Below are positions 9,750 through 18,463 of a stretch of 64,000 nucleotides of DNA, piece by piece (the stretch's first letter is position 1; every line of letters starts with the position of its first letter). A program made the position numbers and the translations under genes. This DNA comes from a bacterium (GTDB taxonomy: Bacteria; UBA8248): positions 3,360,001 to 3,424,000 of the forward strand of contig OZ242260.1 of assembly GCA_965207065.1 (NCBI GenBank), given 5' to 3'. The notes below the pieces were generated by a model that searched no databases, was not told the DNA's origin, and saw only the letters and a list, made by a program, of their open reading frames with translations.

Positions 9750-10000
9750 GTAGGGACAGGCCCCCGCGCCTGTCCGAGGCCCCCGTGCCTGTCCGGCAAA
9801 GGGGGCGGGCACAGGGACCCGCCCCTACGGGTCTTTCCGTTTCTCCGTCGGGACAGGTCGTGACCTGTCCCTGCAAATGAAATGACAATCAAGACGGTTT
9901 GCCGTCATTCCGGCGAAAGCCGGGCTGGTATGGGCAGGGACGACCACGAGGAGGGTCTCGTACCCCTGCGCTTCATTTCCCACGGGTTGAACGTAGGCCC

Positions 10001-10711
10001 CTACCCCGGAACCTCCATGCGCCGGTAGGACTCGGCGCAATCGAGGCCGCCCTCCTCGCCGGAGCGCTTCGCCCAGTTGCGAAGATGGGGAACCAGTTCT
10101 TCAAAATCCTCGACTTGGCTCTTGTGGCATCTGAGCGCTTTAACTTTGAGGTCGAACGTATCGGTGATGTCCACCCAGGTATCCGCGCCGCGAATCGTCT
10201 TGAAATAGACTTCCTTGGGCGTGTGCGGCTCCAGTCCTTCCGCAAGCAGTTCCGGAAAATAGTTCTCGTTCCCCACGGCGGGATAGAGCGCATCGAAAAC
10301 CGCCCTGGCGATGGCGCGGTGATCGCGGTGGTAGCCGTAGAAACTGTCGAAGGCGTCGTTCGCCGGGTCGTCGGCGATCACCAGGTCCGGCTTGCATTCT
10401 CTCATCACGTGCACGAGGTCGCGCCCGAGTTCCGTGGTGTTGCGTACTTCCCCGTCCGCGTGGCGCAGGAAATAAATTTGCTCCACGCCCACGACGGCCG
10501 CCGCCGCGCGCTGTTCGCTCTCGCGAATCGCTCTTTTATCGTCAATGGTCAACCGGCGCGATTCGGGGCCGTTCACGCCCTTGTCCCCGCTCGTGGCGAG
10601 GCAATACTCGACCCGCCTGCCTTCGCGGGTCCACTTGGCGGCCGAGCCTGCACAGCGGAACTCGATATCGTCGGGGTGCGCGCAGATGATGAGGATTTTC
10701 TGATGTTCCAT
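10001..10711 (-). CDS. PIG-L/LmbE family deacetylase
   Basis: ICAHPDDIE, TSGDKG, DGE, HRDH, VDITDTFDLKVKALRCHKSQ; AAGGA upstream of MEHQK. Confidence 0.93.
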   Translation of the reverse strand: MEHQKILIICAHPDDIEFRCAGSAAKWTREGRRVEYCLATSGDKGVNGPESRRLTIDDKRAIRESEQRAAAAVVGVEQIYFLRHADGEVRNTTELGRDLVHVMRECKPDLVIADDPANDAFDSFYGYHRDHRAIARAVFDALYPAVGNENYFPELLAEGLEPHTPKEVYFKTIRGADTWVDITDTFDLKVKALRCHKSQVEDFEELVPHLRNWAKRSGEEGGLDCAESYRRMEVPG

Positions 10712-10800
10712 CGGGGATTCCTTATGTGGGCCGTGCGGCAAGGCGACTTATAGCAGGGGGCGAAGCGCATCGCAAAGAGGTAAGGAGTAACCCGCCGCTC

Positions 10801-10937
10801 CGCCTTACCCTGAGTAGCGGCGAAGCCGCGTATCGAAGGGTGAAACTCGCGCCCGCCGGGGTCAGTTCCGACCGTGTAGGGAGGAACTGCCTGCCATCCT
10901 TCGATACGGCGCTTACGCGCCTACCCAGGATGAGGCG
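10801..10937. repeat. REP-like inverted doublet (CCTGAGTAG...CGTATCGAAGG type)
   Basis: CGCCTTACCCTGAGTAGCGGCGAAGCCGCGTATCGAAGGGTG (10801-10842) pairs imperfectly with CATCCTTCGATACGGCGCTTACGCGCCTACCCAGGATGAGGCG (10895-10937). Confidence 0.75.
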
Positions 10938-11032
10938 TCAGGGTTCTGTTGGTCGCTACCCCGAAAATCTGCTAAATATAACGAAAAACACCTGTGCGAG
11001 ATTTGTTGCGAACCCTATATGAGGAGACAGAG

Positions 11033-11623
11033 ATGTCGAGAATCACGCCGGTGCCCGATGACGCCACGGGCGATCATGAACCGCTCTTTGAACAATCGAG
11101 GGAAAGATGGGGCACGGTGCCCAGCTTCTACCGCGCCCTGGCCCATTCGCCGGAAGCATTGCGCCACATCATGAGCCTGACGGTAGCCCTGAGAAGCCAG
11201 TGGCGGGCCGATCCGTCGAGAATGCGCCTGATGCAGCTTGCGATCCTGACGCCTTCTCTCATCAACGACTGCGAGATATGAACGAACCACAACGTCAAGC
11301 TTGGTCAAGCTGCCGGTCTGAATGATGAGCATGTAGCGTTGATAGTCGATGGATGGGAAAAGAGTGACCTGTTCGATGAGCGGGAAAAGGCGGTAATCCG
11401 CTGGGCGACCGCATTGACGAGAAACACGGCCGCCGCCGATGATGCCTGTTTCGCGCCGCTCAAGGAGTTTTTCAGCGAAAAGGACATCGTGGAACTCACG
11501 TTGTTCACCTGCCTGTTCAACGCCTGGAACCGTCTGCAGGACGGCCTCCACAACCCCGTGGAGCCGCCGGACGACATCATCGGCTGGAAGGAATGGGAGG
11601 AAGTCGTGCAGGTGTCGGGTTAG
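11033..11623 (+). CDS. AhpD/carboxymuconolactone-decarboxylase-family protein, probable selenoprotein (C80-x-x-U83), 196 aa
   Basis: ORFs 10994-11281 and 11339-11623 share a frame and are separated only by TGA 11279-11281. Readthrough gives INDCEI-U-TNHNVKLGQAAGLNDEHV...FDEREKAVIRWATALT...FSEKDIVELT...FNAWNRL. GAGGAG RBS before ATG 11033. Confidence 0.88.
11286..11317 (+). promoter_or_regulatory. Candidate bacterial SECIS hairpin for the AhpD-like gene
   Basis: AGCTT-GGTC-AAGCT (11298-11311); apical loop starts with G, 21 nt after the UGA; possible lower ACC/GGT pairing. Confidence 0.6.
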
Positions 11624-11661
11624 GTGGGGGTGAGGAGCAACGGTTTCGTATGAGCGCTCCT

Positions 11662-11869
11662 GTAGGGGCGACCCCCCGTGGTCGCCCATTGTCGGACAGG
11701 CACAGGGGCCTGTCCCTACCGGAGATAGGAAATTGCTGTTGTAGGGGCCGCATATATGCGGCCCGCGCAGACGAGAAAAATCCATGCGTGTCGACAATTC
11801 CCAGATTACTGTCCGTCCTGGTGCAAGCGGCGGGGATTCACCCGTGGGTCGCATATATGCGACCCCTAC
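11662..11869. repeat. Two tandem GTAG-type REP doublets (REPIN-like)
   Basis: GTAGGGGCGACCCCCCGTGGTCGCCC (11662) with GGACAGGCACAGGGGCCTGTCCCTAC (11694-11719); GTAGGGGCCGCATATATGCGGCCC (11741) with GGGTCGCATATATGCGACCCCTAC (11846-11869). Confidence 0.88.
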
Positions 11870-11893
11870 AAGTTTCTCCATGAGAGGAAAACC

Positions 11894-12688
11894 GTGGACT
11901 TAGGCATTAAAGGAAAATCGGCCCTCGTGACGGGCGGCAGCCGGGGCATCGGCCGCGAGACGGCGAGGCGCTTTCTCGAAGAGGGTGCGCGCGTGTTCAC
12001 CTGCGCGAGAAACGAAGTGGCTCTTGCCGAGACCTGCGCCGGGCTCGCCGCTGAGACGGGAGGTGAAATCCATTACGCCGTGGCGGATACCTCGAACGAG
12101 ACGGAACTCGCGCCCCTGGTCGAGCGCGCGCAGGAAAAACTCGGTTTCATCGACATTCTGGTGAACAATGCGGGCACCATGAGTTCGGGCAGGTTCGAGG
12201 CGCTCGATGACGCCGCTTTGCAGAAGCAGCTCGACACCAAGCTGTTCGGCTTCCTGCGCCTCATTCGCCTCGTGGAGCCGGGTATGCGCGCGAATGGATG
12301 GGGCCGCATCGTGAACATGATCGGCGGCGCCGGGAAGGAACCCGACCCCTACATGTTCGGCAGCGGCATGACGAACAGCGCGCTCCTGAACATGACGAAA
12401 TCGCTTTCCACCGAATTCGGAGAGGCCGGGATACATGTGAACGCGGTATGTCCCGGCTGGGTGGATACCGCGCTATGGCGGATGAACGCCCAGGGGCTTG
12501 CGGCGGAGCTCGATGCCGGTTCCGAAGATGAGGCCCGCCGCCGCGCGGCGCGAAAGAACGCGCTGGGCCGTTTCGGCAAGCCCGAGGAGTTGGCCGACGC
12601 CATCGTCTTTCTCTGCTCGGAACGTGCGAGCTACATCACCGGAATTTCCTTGAATCTTGACGGCGGCAGGCTCAAGTCGCTCTGGTAA
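11894..12688 (+). CDS. SDR family oxidoreductase (atypical catalytic motif)
   Basis: TGGSRGIG, DILVNNAG, NAVCPG, FLCSERASYITG..LNLDGG; SGMTN occupies the usual YxxxK position; GAGAGG before GTG. Confidence 0.9.
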   Translation: MDLGIKGKSALVTGGSRGIGRETARRFLEEGARVFTCARNEVALAETCAGLAAETGGEIHYAVADTSNETELAPLVERAQEKLGFIDILVNNAGTMSSGRFEALDDAALQKQLDTKLFGFLRLIRLVEPGMRANGWGRIVNMIGGAGKEPDPYMFGSGMTNSALLNMTKSLSTEFGEAGIHVNAVCPGWVDTALWRMNAQGLAAELDAGSEDEARRRAARKNALGRFGKPEELADAIVFLCSERASYITGISLNLDGGRLKSLW

Positions 12689-12736
12689 GTCAGTCGCGAC
12701 CGGAGTGGAAGCGATTGCTCCGCTTGGGATTTTGCC

Positions 12737-12757
12737 CGTCATTCCGGCGAATGCCGG
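12737..12757 (+). repeat. GTCATTCC-type REP, left member of a perfect 21-bp inverted pair
   Basis: CGTCATTCCGGCGAATGCCGG; exact reverse complement at 13699-13719. Confidence 0.85.
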
Positions 12758-13026
12758 ACTCCAGCGGCTTTGCCCTTGTTTTTTCAATACTGTCCAGGGT
12801 GTATCGGTTGTTCGGGGTTGACGTGTTTGCCGGCAGATGAGTCAACCCTTCCATGAGTCATTCTGCGTCGTCGCCTGGTTCATTCCCGGGGTCCTGATTT
12901 GAGATTTCAGAGGAGCAGATCGTGCGTCTGGAGCTTGAGAGCGTCCGGTTTCAGGAACGGATTTTGTAGTGGGAGTGTCGTCTTGGTCTGGACGGCGCCT
13001 GCCGCGGTCATCCGACGATAAAAATA

Positions 13027-13086
13027 TTGACTTAAGAAGAATAGGTGGTCTATATTTCCTCTTGTTCTGGTATATTCTGGTATAAT
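13027..13086 (+). promoter_or_regulatory. Putative sigma70-type promoter(s) for the Ig/cadherin-like gene
   Basis: TTGACT-N18-TATATT (13027-13056) and TGgTATAAT (13078-13086), the latter overlapping a tandem TTCTGGTATA x2. Confidence 0.55.
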
Positions 13087-13121
13087 TATCAGATATAGCC
13101 CGAATCGGGGAGGAGAACATC

Positions 13122-13517
13122 ATGAAGTTCATCGCCAGTGCCGCAATCATCGCGCTTACGATGTTCGCAGGCGCCGAACTGAGTTGGGCGGAGGAATCGA
13201 CGGACAATAAAGCACCGGTCGTTAACGGCCATATTCCCGGTTACTCTTTTAAGCTGGGGGGCATTTCGATGTCGGTTGACCTGGGGATCTACTTCAGCGA
13301 TCCGGACGATGATGACCTGAGCTATACGGTCACCTCGCTCGACACCAGCATAATTACGGCCAGCTTGTACGGAGACACCGTCGATCTCTCGCCGGTTGGA
13401 CTGGGCCCGACGAACGTGGAGGTGACTGCCGAGGACCCGGGTGGCCTGAGCGTGACAGATTACATCTCGATTCACGTGTCTCCCGGCGAGCCCACCGTCA
13501 TCGGCATCAGCCAATAA
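13122..13517 (+). CDS. Small secreted protein with a single cadherin-like/Ig-like beta-sandwich domain
   Basis: Signal-peptide-like N-terminus; APVVNG.I...VDLGIYFSDPDDDDLSYTVTS...G...VEVTAEDPGGLS pattern; GGAGGAG RBS. Confidence 0.75.
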   Translation: MKFIASAAIIALTMFAGAELSWAEESTDNKAPVVNGHIPGYSFKLGGISMSVDLGIYFSDPDDDDLSYTVTSLDTSIITASLYGDTVDLSPVGLGPTNVEVTAEDPGGLSVTDYISIHVSPGEPTVIGISQ

Positions 13518-13698
13518 GGGTCCGGGCCGCGGTCATGGCCCGGAGGCGATGGAGAGCGCACCTTACACCGCCGCATGATCGGCGTTCCGCACAACATCCT
13601 GGGCAGTTACGACTTTCTTTCTTTCCGTGTAATCGCTTTTCGAAGTCGCCCCACAGTGTTGTCATTTTCATCGGTTCTGGCCAACCTGTCGATTGTCA

Positions 13699-13861
13699 CC
13701 GGCATTCGCCGGAATGACGAACAAAACCGCGAGTACTGTAGGGACAGGCCTCCGTGCCTGTCCTATATAGGGGTGTATATGACCGAAGGGCGGCCACGGG
13801 GGGCCGCCCCTGCGCAAGACGCAATGGTTCTGTAGTGACAGGCCCTCCTCGGGGCTGTCAC
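13699..13861. repeat. GTCATTCC-type REP (right member) followed by a GTAG REP doublet and a degenerate REP
   Basis: CCGGCATTCGCCGGAATGACG (13699-13719); GTAGGGACAGGCCTCCGTGCCTGTCC (13738-13763) with GGGCGGCCACGGGGGGCCGCCCCTGC (13788-13813); GTAGTGACAG...CTGTCAC (13832-13861). Confidence 0.8.
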
Positions 13862-13885
13862 GATTCCCCGCTCAAATACCAGGAA

Positions 13886-14197
13886 TCACCCCATCGTCGA
13901 ATCGACGGCTTCCAGGAATTTCACGCCCACGGGCTCCGCGAGCAGGTCGGGCAGTTTCTCCCTGAAAACCTTGTAGTGCGGCTCTTCCCGGTGCGCGTCG
14001 AGTGCGGCCTGCGATTTCCAGCACTCGATGAAATGGAACGCGCCCGCCTCATCCGTCGACCGGTACAGGTTGTAGAAAATACAGCCTTCCTCGGCGCGCG
14101 ATGGGGCGCACATGCCGCCCAAGAGTTCGGCCATTTCGTCTTCTTTTCCGGGTTTCGGTTTGAGCCACGCAATCAGGAATACCCTCTCATCCGCCAT
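13886..14197 (-). CDS. Putative quinol monooxygenase (ABM domain)
   Basis: KPKPGKEDE...SRAEEGCIFYNLY...FIECWKSQAALDAHREEPH; AGGAGG RBS. Confidence 0.9.
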   Translation of the reverse strand: MADERVFLIAWLKPKPGKEDEMAELLGGMCAPSRAEEGCIFYNLYRSTDEAGAFHFIECWKSQAALDAHREEPHYKVFREKLPDLLAEPVGVKFLEAVDSTMG

Positions 14198-14287
14198 TTT
14201 CCGCCTCCTGTTCAAGGAATGAAAATTTGATTTTTCGGGCGTATTCTATCCGTTGAACCGGGCCGTGACCAGATGGTTCCCTACTCC

Positions 14288-14316
14288 TCGCCTCATGGGA
14301 ACTTGAGGTGTATAGT
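14288..14316 (+). promoter_or_regulatory. Putative leaderless promoter of EamA paralog 1
   Basis: TCGCCT-N17-TATAGT, 6 nt before the ATG; same arrangement at 18428-18456. Confidence 0.55.
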
Positions 14317-14322
14317 CCGCCC

Positions 14323-15162
14323 ATGGTCGAGTGGATATCATCATGGGGGAGTCCCGAGTTTCTCGCTTTGGCGACCTCGTTCAGCTATTCCATCACGCTC
14401 ATAACGGTGCGCCGGGCGATGACGACCGCCCTCGTGCTGGGCACCCTGGCCTCGACCAACGTGAGGGCGCTCGGCTGGTTCGCTCTTACGGGCGTGGCCG
14501 GCCACGGAACGGGGAGCCTCATCTTCTTTTCGGCCATCGAGCGCCTGGGCGTGAACCGGGCAACGGCGGTACACTCATCCGCTCCTTTGTGGGGCGTGGT
14601 ATTCGCGATCATCATCCTGGGCGAGCAGCCGGGCGTCTACGTGCTCATGGGGACGCTCGGGATCGTGGGCGGCGTTTTTCTGCTCTCCTGGCCGGAGAGA
14701 AAGCGCGCGGGAGGCGGGTCTCCGAACTGGAGCCGGAAGGATTACCTCCTGCCGCTTTTCTCTTCTTTGTGCTATGCGATGGTTCCGGTGTTCGCCAAGC
14801 TGGGTCTCGCCGAGCAGCAGGCGCCCTATCTGGGATTCGGCGTGGCGTTCGGCTCAGGCCTATTGCTCATGCTGGCGGCGAGGCGCATGACGCCCGGCGG
14901 CGGGGTGATAAGAGGCAACGCTCAGACGGTGAAAGCCCTCCTCGTCGGGCTTCCGTTCAACATCATCGCCGCTTTTCTGATGTGGACGGCGTTCGTGGCG
15001 GGCATGGTGTCGAGCGTATTGCCGCTGAGCCGGATGACGCCCCTGTGGGTGATCCTGTTCAGTTTTCTGTTTCTGGGGAAAATAGAGCGCGTGGCCGCGA
15101 GAACGGTCCTCGCAGCGTGCCTCGTCGTATCCGGCGGGGTGATGATCACCCTGTTCGGCTAG
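14323..15162 (+). CDS. DMT/EamA family transporter (paralog 1; apparent 21-aa internal deletion)
   Basis: Hydrophobic; AIERLGVNRA...P.W..FAIIILGE and PLSRMTPLWV...FLG..ER motifs shared with the other two paralogs. Confidence 0.85.
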   Translation: MVEWISSWGSPEFLALATSFSYSITLITVRRAMTTALVLGTLASTNVRALGWFALTGVAGHGTGSLIFFSAIERLGVNRATAVHSSAPLWGVVFAIIILGEQPGVYVLMGTLGIVGGVFLLSWPERKRAGGGSPNWSRKDYLLPLFSSLCYAMVPVFAKLGLAEQQAPYLGFGVAFGSGLLLMLAARRMTPGGGVIRGNAQTVKALLVGLPFNIIAAFLMWTAFVAGMVSSVLPLSRMTPLWVILFSFLFLGKIERVAARTVLAACLVVSGGVMITLFG

Positions 15163-15196
15163 CAGTCCCGATAGCGAGGCGCATCATCAAGGAGCA

Positions 15197-16108
15197 GTGA
15201 GTCATAAAATGTCGGGACTTTTCGCACAAGCAGGCTTGGGGGAATTACTCGCGGTAGGGGCGTCCTTGTCTTATTCGACGTCTCTCATCGCCATCCGCCA
15301 GGGGGTGCGCAGCGCGACGCCGATAGCGGGCGTGCTTATCTTGAGTGCGACGGTTTCCGTTCTGGGCCTCACCATCGCCGCCGCTCGCGGTACGCTCCAG
15401 GAATCCATGCTCACGCCGGTGTTGATATTCATGCTCGGCGGCTGCCTGGGGCAGGGCGTGGGACAGCTCACGAACGCCATCGGCATCGAGAAGATGGGCG
15501 TGAGCCGCTCGGTGCCGATTCAATCCTCCACCCCCATCTTCTCGGTCACCTTCGCGATGATATTCCTGGGCGAGCGGCCCGGCGTCGGCGTGGCGATGGG
15601 GACGGTTCTCATCGTGGCGGGCGTCTGCCTGCTCTCACTGGGCGAGCGGCGCAGCGGTCAGAGCTTCAAGAGCTTCTTTCAGGGCGGGCTCGTCTACCCG
15701 CTCACATCGTCGCTCTCCTATGCGCTGCTGCCCGTGCTGGCGAACGTCGCGTTCTCCTACCAGAAAACCCCCATCCTGGGCTTCGCATGCGCCTTCACGG
15801 CGGGAACCATCCTGCTCGCGGTAACGCGCCCCCTCCTGCCCGGCGGCGGCAAGCTCGAAGCCGACAGGAGGGCCGTCTACCTTTTTCTCGGCGCGGGGGT
15901 CACCACGACGCTGGCGGCCATCATGTTCTGGACGGCGATGAGCATCGCGCCCGTCTCGACGGTACTGCCGCTGAGCAGGCTCGTGCCCCTGTGGGTGGTG
16001 CTGTGGACATATCTGTTTTTAGGCGGGCTCGAGCGCATCACCTCGCGCATCGTCTTCGCGGCGGGGATGGTCGTGGCCGGCGGCGTGCTGATCACCGCTT
16101 TCAAGTAA
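15197..16108 (+). CDS. DMT/EamA family transporter (paralog 2)
   Basis: About 10 hydrophobic segments; GIEKMGVSRS.PI...FLGER; AAGGAG RBS before GTG. Confidence 0.9.
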   Translation: MSHKMSGLFAQAGLGELLAVGASLSYSTSLIAIRQGVRSATPIAGVLILSATVSVLGLTIAAARGTLQESMLTPVLIFMLGGCLGQGVGQLTNAIGIEKMGVSRSVPIQSSTPIFSVTFAMIFLGERPGVGVAMGTVLIVAGVCLLSLGERRSGQSFKSFFQGGLVYPLTSSLSYALLPVLANVAFSYQKTPILGFACAFTAGTILLAVTRPLLPGGGKLEADRRAVYLFLGAGVTTTLAAIMFWTAMSIAPVSTVLPLSRLVPLWVVLWTYLFLGGLERITSRIVFAAGMVVAGGVLITAFK

Positions 16109-16278
16109 AAACGCCTGTGTGTGGTTGAAAATAACTGGAAATGGACGGAAGCGGGTTAAACCGGTCAAATCCGCACAATAAATAGATCCCCTGGGAAAAC
16201 CTCTCGATTTTCCGGCCCTTTTCTGCATTGGGGAAATGCCGGGTTTCGGAGCATTCGCAATTTTTGGGTCGGCTGCAA

Positions 16279-17511
16279 TCAGCTCTCGTCCAGCGCGAGA
16301 CGGGGGACCGGCTTCTCGTCAATGGCCAGATGGAGGATGGCCGCGAACGCCGCGAAGAACACGGCGGCCCACCACATCAGGTCGTACGAGCCGGTGCGAT
16401 CGTAGATCACCCCGCCCATCCATACGCCGACGAAGCTTCCGATCTGATGGCCCAGCAACACGATGCCGGAGAGGGTCGCCATGTATTTCAACCCGAAGAG
16501 CTGCGCGACGATGCCGGTGGTCAGCGGGACCGTCGAGAGCCACAGCACCCCCATCGATGCCGCGAACAGGTAGATCGTCAGGTCACTCGCCGGGGCCATC
16601 AGGAGCGCGACGATGACCAGCCCCCGGCCCAGGTAGATGACGGAAAGACTCATCTTCTTGCTGAACCGTTGGCCGATGGCGCCCGACATGAACGCGCCGA
16701 AGATGTTGAGCAGCCCGACGATCGAGAGCGCATAGGCGCCGACATGCGGCGAGAGGCCGAGATCGGTGACGTAGGCGGGGAAGTGCACGACGATGAACGC
16801 GACGTGAAACCCGCACACGAAGAACCCGATGGTGAGGAGCACGTAGCCGCGATGGCTCATGGCCTCGCCGAGGGCTTCCCCGAGGGTCTGGCCCGACTCC
16901 GGCTCGCCGACCGCCTTTCCCGTGCCCCGGAGGGTGAACGCGAGCGGAATCATGACCAGCGTGATGAGAGAGATCAGCAAGAGCGAGTCGTACCATCCGT
17001 AGCTCGATATCAGGGCCTGGCTGAGCGGTGAGAAAATCACCTGGCCGAGCGAGCCGGCCGCGGTTCCGAAGCCGAGGGCGAGCGAGCGGCGTTCCGGCCC
17101 CACGACCCGCGCGATGGCGGCGAGCACGAGCGAGAACGAGGTGAACGCGACCCCGAGGCCGACGAGGAGGCCGCCGCTCAACAGGAGTGTGATTCCGCTG
17201 TCCGACACCGCCATGCCTGCAACGCCAATGGCGAAGACGACAGCGCCAAAGGCGATCACCAGCGCGGCTCCGTACCGGTCCGCGATGGCCCCGGCGATCG
17301 GGACGCCGATTCCCCACAATAGATTCTGGACCGCCATTGCGAACGCGAAGGTCTGGCGAGACCACCCGTTCGAAACCGTCATCGGATCGAGAAAGAGCCC
17401 GAAGCTCCCGCGGACCCCGAATCCGATGAGCGAGATCAGACAACCAGCCACGACCACCGCGAGCACGGCGCCACGACCCGGGTGGATGTCGGAGGTGACA
17501 ACGCGGCTCAT
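16279..17511 (-). CDS. MFS transporter
   Basis: GAIADRYG MFS motif A, GFFVCGFHVAFI..H.P.Y, HQIGSF.G.W.GG..YD..GSY; about 12 TM segments. Confidence 0.93.
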   Translation of the reverse strand: MSRVVTSDIHPGRGAVLAVVVAGCLISLIGFGVRGSFGLFLDPMTVSNGWSRQTFAFAMAVQNLLWGIGVPIAGAIADRYGAALVIAFGAVVFAIGVAGMAVSDSGITLLLSGGLLVGLGVAFTSFSLVLAAIARVVGPERRSLALGFGTAAGSLGQVIFSPLSQALISSYGWYDSLLLISLITLVMIPLAFTLRGTGKAVGEPESGQTLGEALGEAMSHRGYVLLTIGFFVCGFHVAFIVVHFPAYVTDLGLSPHVGAYALSIVGLLNIFGAFMSGAIGQRFSKKMSLSVIYLGRGLVIVALLMAPASDLTIYLFAASMGVLWLSTVPLTTGIVAQLFGLKYMATLSGIVLLGHQIGSFVGVWMGGVIYDRTGSYDLMWWAAVFFAAFAAILHLAIDEKPVPRLALDES

Positions 17512-17738
17512 GGGGATGCGGTCTCCATCTCGAGCAATGGTCGAGGCGCGGCGCGCCAGCCTGTCTGTCTCGGCGGCGCGTACACAAAGCGCGCAATGTA
17601 GCACGCCTGGAGTCGATATCGAATCCGGAACATCCGTCTCGCATGCCGTCGTCGTGGAGCGCGCTCTGATTGACGCTCTTTCCCGCCTGAAGGACAATGA
17701 CCCGCATCGGGTAAAACCATCGTGAGGCGGACGGAGCC

Positions 17739-18254
17739 ATGAAGACCCTTTTCCTGCTGCGGCACGCCAAGTCGAGCTGGTCGGAGCCGGGGCTGGCCGA
17801 TTTCGACCGCCCGCTGAACGAACGTGGCAGCTGCGCGGCGCCGCTTATCGCCCGGCATCTTGCGCGTGGCGGCCTGTTGCCCGACCTCATCCTGTGCTCG
17901 GCCGCCCTGCGCACCCGCGAGACCCTGGCCCTGATGCTGCCCGGACTGGCTCGCGACGCCGTCGTGCGCATCGAGAGCGGCCTCTACGGGGCGGACGCGG
18001 GAACCTTGCTGAGACGCCTCGAACGGGTCGAAGCCGCTGTTGATTGCGTCCTTCTCATCGCCCACAACCCGGGGCTCGAAGACCTCGCCGCCGGGATTTG
18101 CGGCGGCGGACCCGAGCCGATGCGACGGCGCATGGACGAAAAATTCCCGACCGCCGCCCTGGCCGCGTTCGCGCTCGACGCGGCGCGCTGGTCCTCGCTG
18201 CGCGAAGGGGCGGCGATTCTCACCGACTTCGTCCTGCCGAAAGAGCTCGCCTAG
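17739..18254 (+). CDS. sixA: SixA-type histidine phosphatase
   Basis: LLRHAKSSW, DRPLNERG, CSAALRTRET, IAHNPG, KFPT. Confidence 0.88.
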   Translation: MKTLFLLRHAKSSWSEPGLADFDRPLNERGSCAAPLIARHLARGGLLPDLILCSAALRTRETLALMLPGLARDAVVRIESGLYGADAGTLLRRLERVEAAVDCVLLIAHNPGLEDLAAGICGGGPEPMRRRMDEKFPTAALAAFALDAARWSSLREGAAILTDFVLPKELA

Positions 18255-18427
18255 GCCCGCCGGAAACCACGCCCGGCGCGGCGCCGCTTCCAGGCCGCGC
18301 CGTGTGCTTTATCGGTCAGGAACGCCCCTCGGAAAAGTGATTTTTTCAGGCGAAAACGGCCGGGAAATCGAGAGGATTCCCCGGGACATTCGCAATTGGT
18401 TTTGATTCACCACAACGCCCGCTCTTC

Positions 18428-18456
18428 TCGCCTAAATATCCCGGTGCGTGTATAGT
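18428..18456 (+). promoter_or_regulatory. Putative leaderless promoter of EamA paralog 3
   Basis: TCGCCT-N17-TATAGT, 7 nt before ATG 18464; no Shine-Dalgarno. Confidence 0.55.
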
Positions 18457-18463
18457 CGCGCCC

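Larger units (their letters stand above)
9295..9930. mobile_element. Composite nested repeat cluster (TIR shells, 163-bp palindromic element, GTAG REPs, GTCATTCC REP)
   Basis: Left TIRs at 9295 and 9369, right TIR at 9625-9639; inverted arms CCCCTTGTCAGGGGTCAAA (~9338-9356) and TTTGACCCTGACAAGGGG (9711-9728); REPs at 9750-9775, 9803-9828, 9850-9874; GTCATTCCGGCGAAAGCCGG at ~9904. Confidence 0.8.

Noticed and set aside
6878-9892. Short ORFs with shared peptide text in the repeat regions (6878-7162, 9565-9888, 9629-9892)
   Set aside because: Their similarity comes from the DNA repeats; no RBS or domain support.
6823-13861. Repeat clusters as a CRISPR array or integron attC sites
   Set aside because: No regularly spaced identical direct repeats with unique spacers, no cas or integrase gene; the units are palindromic REP or MITE types.
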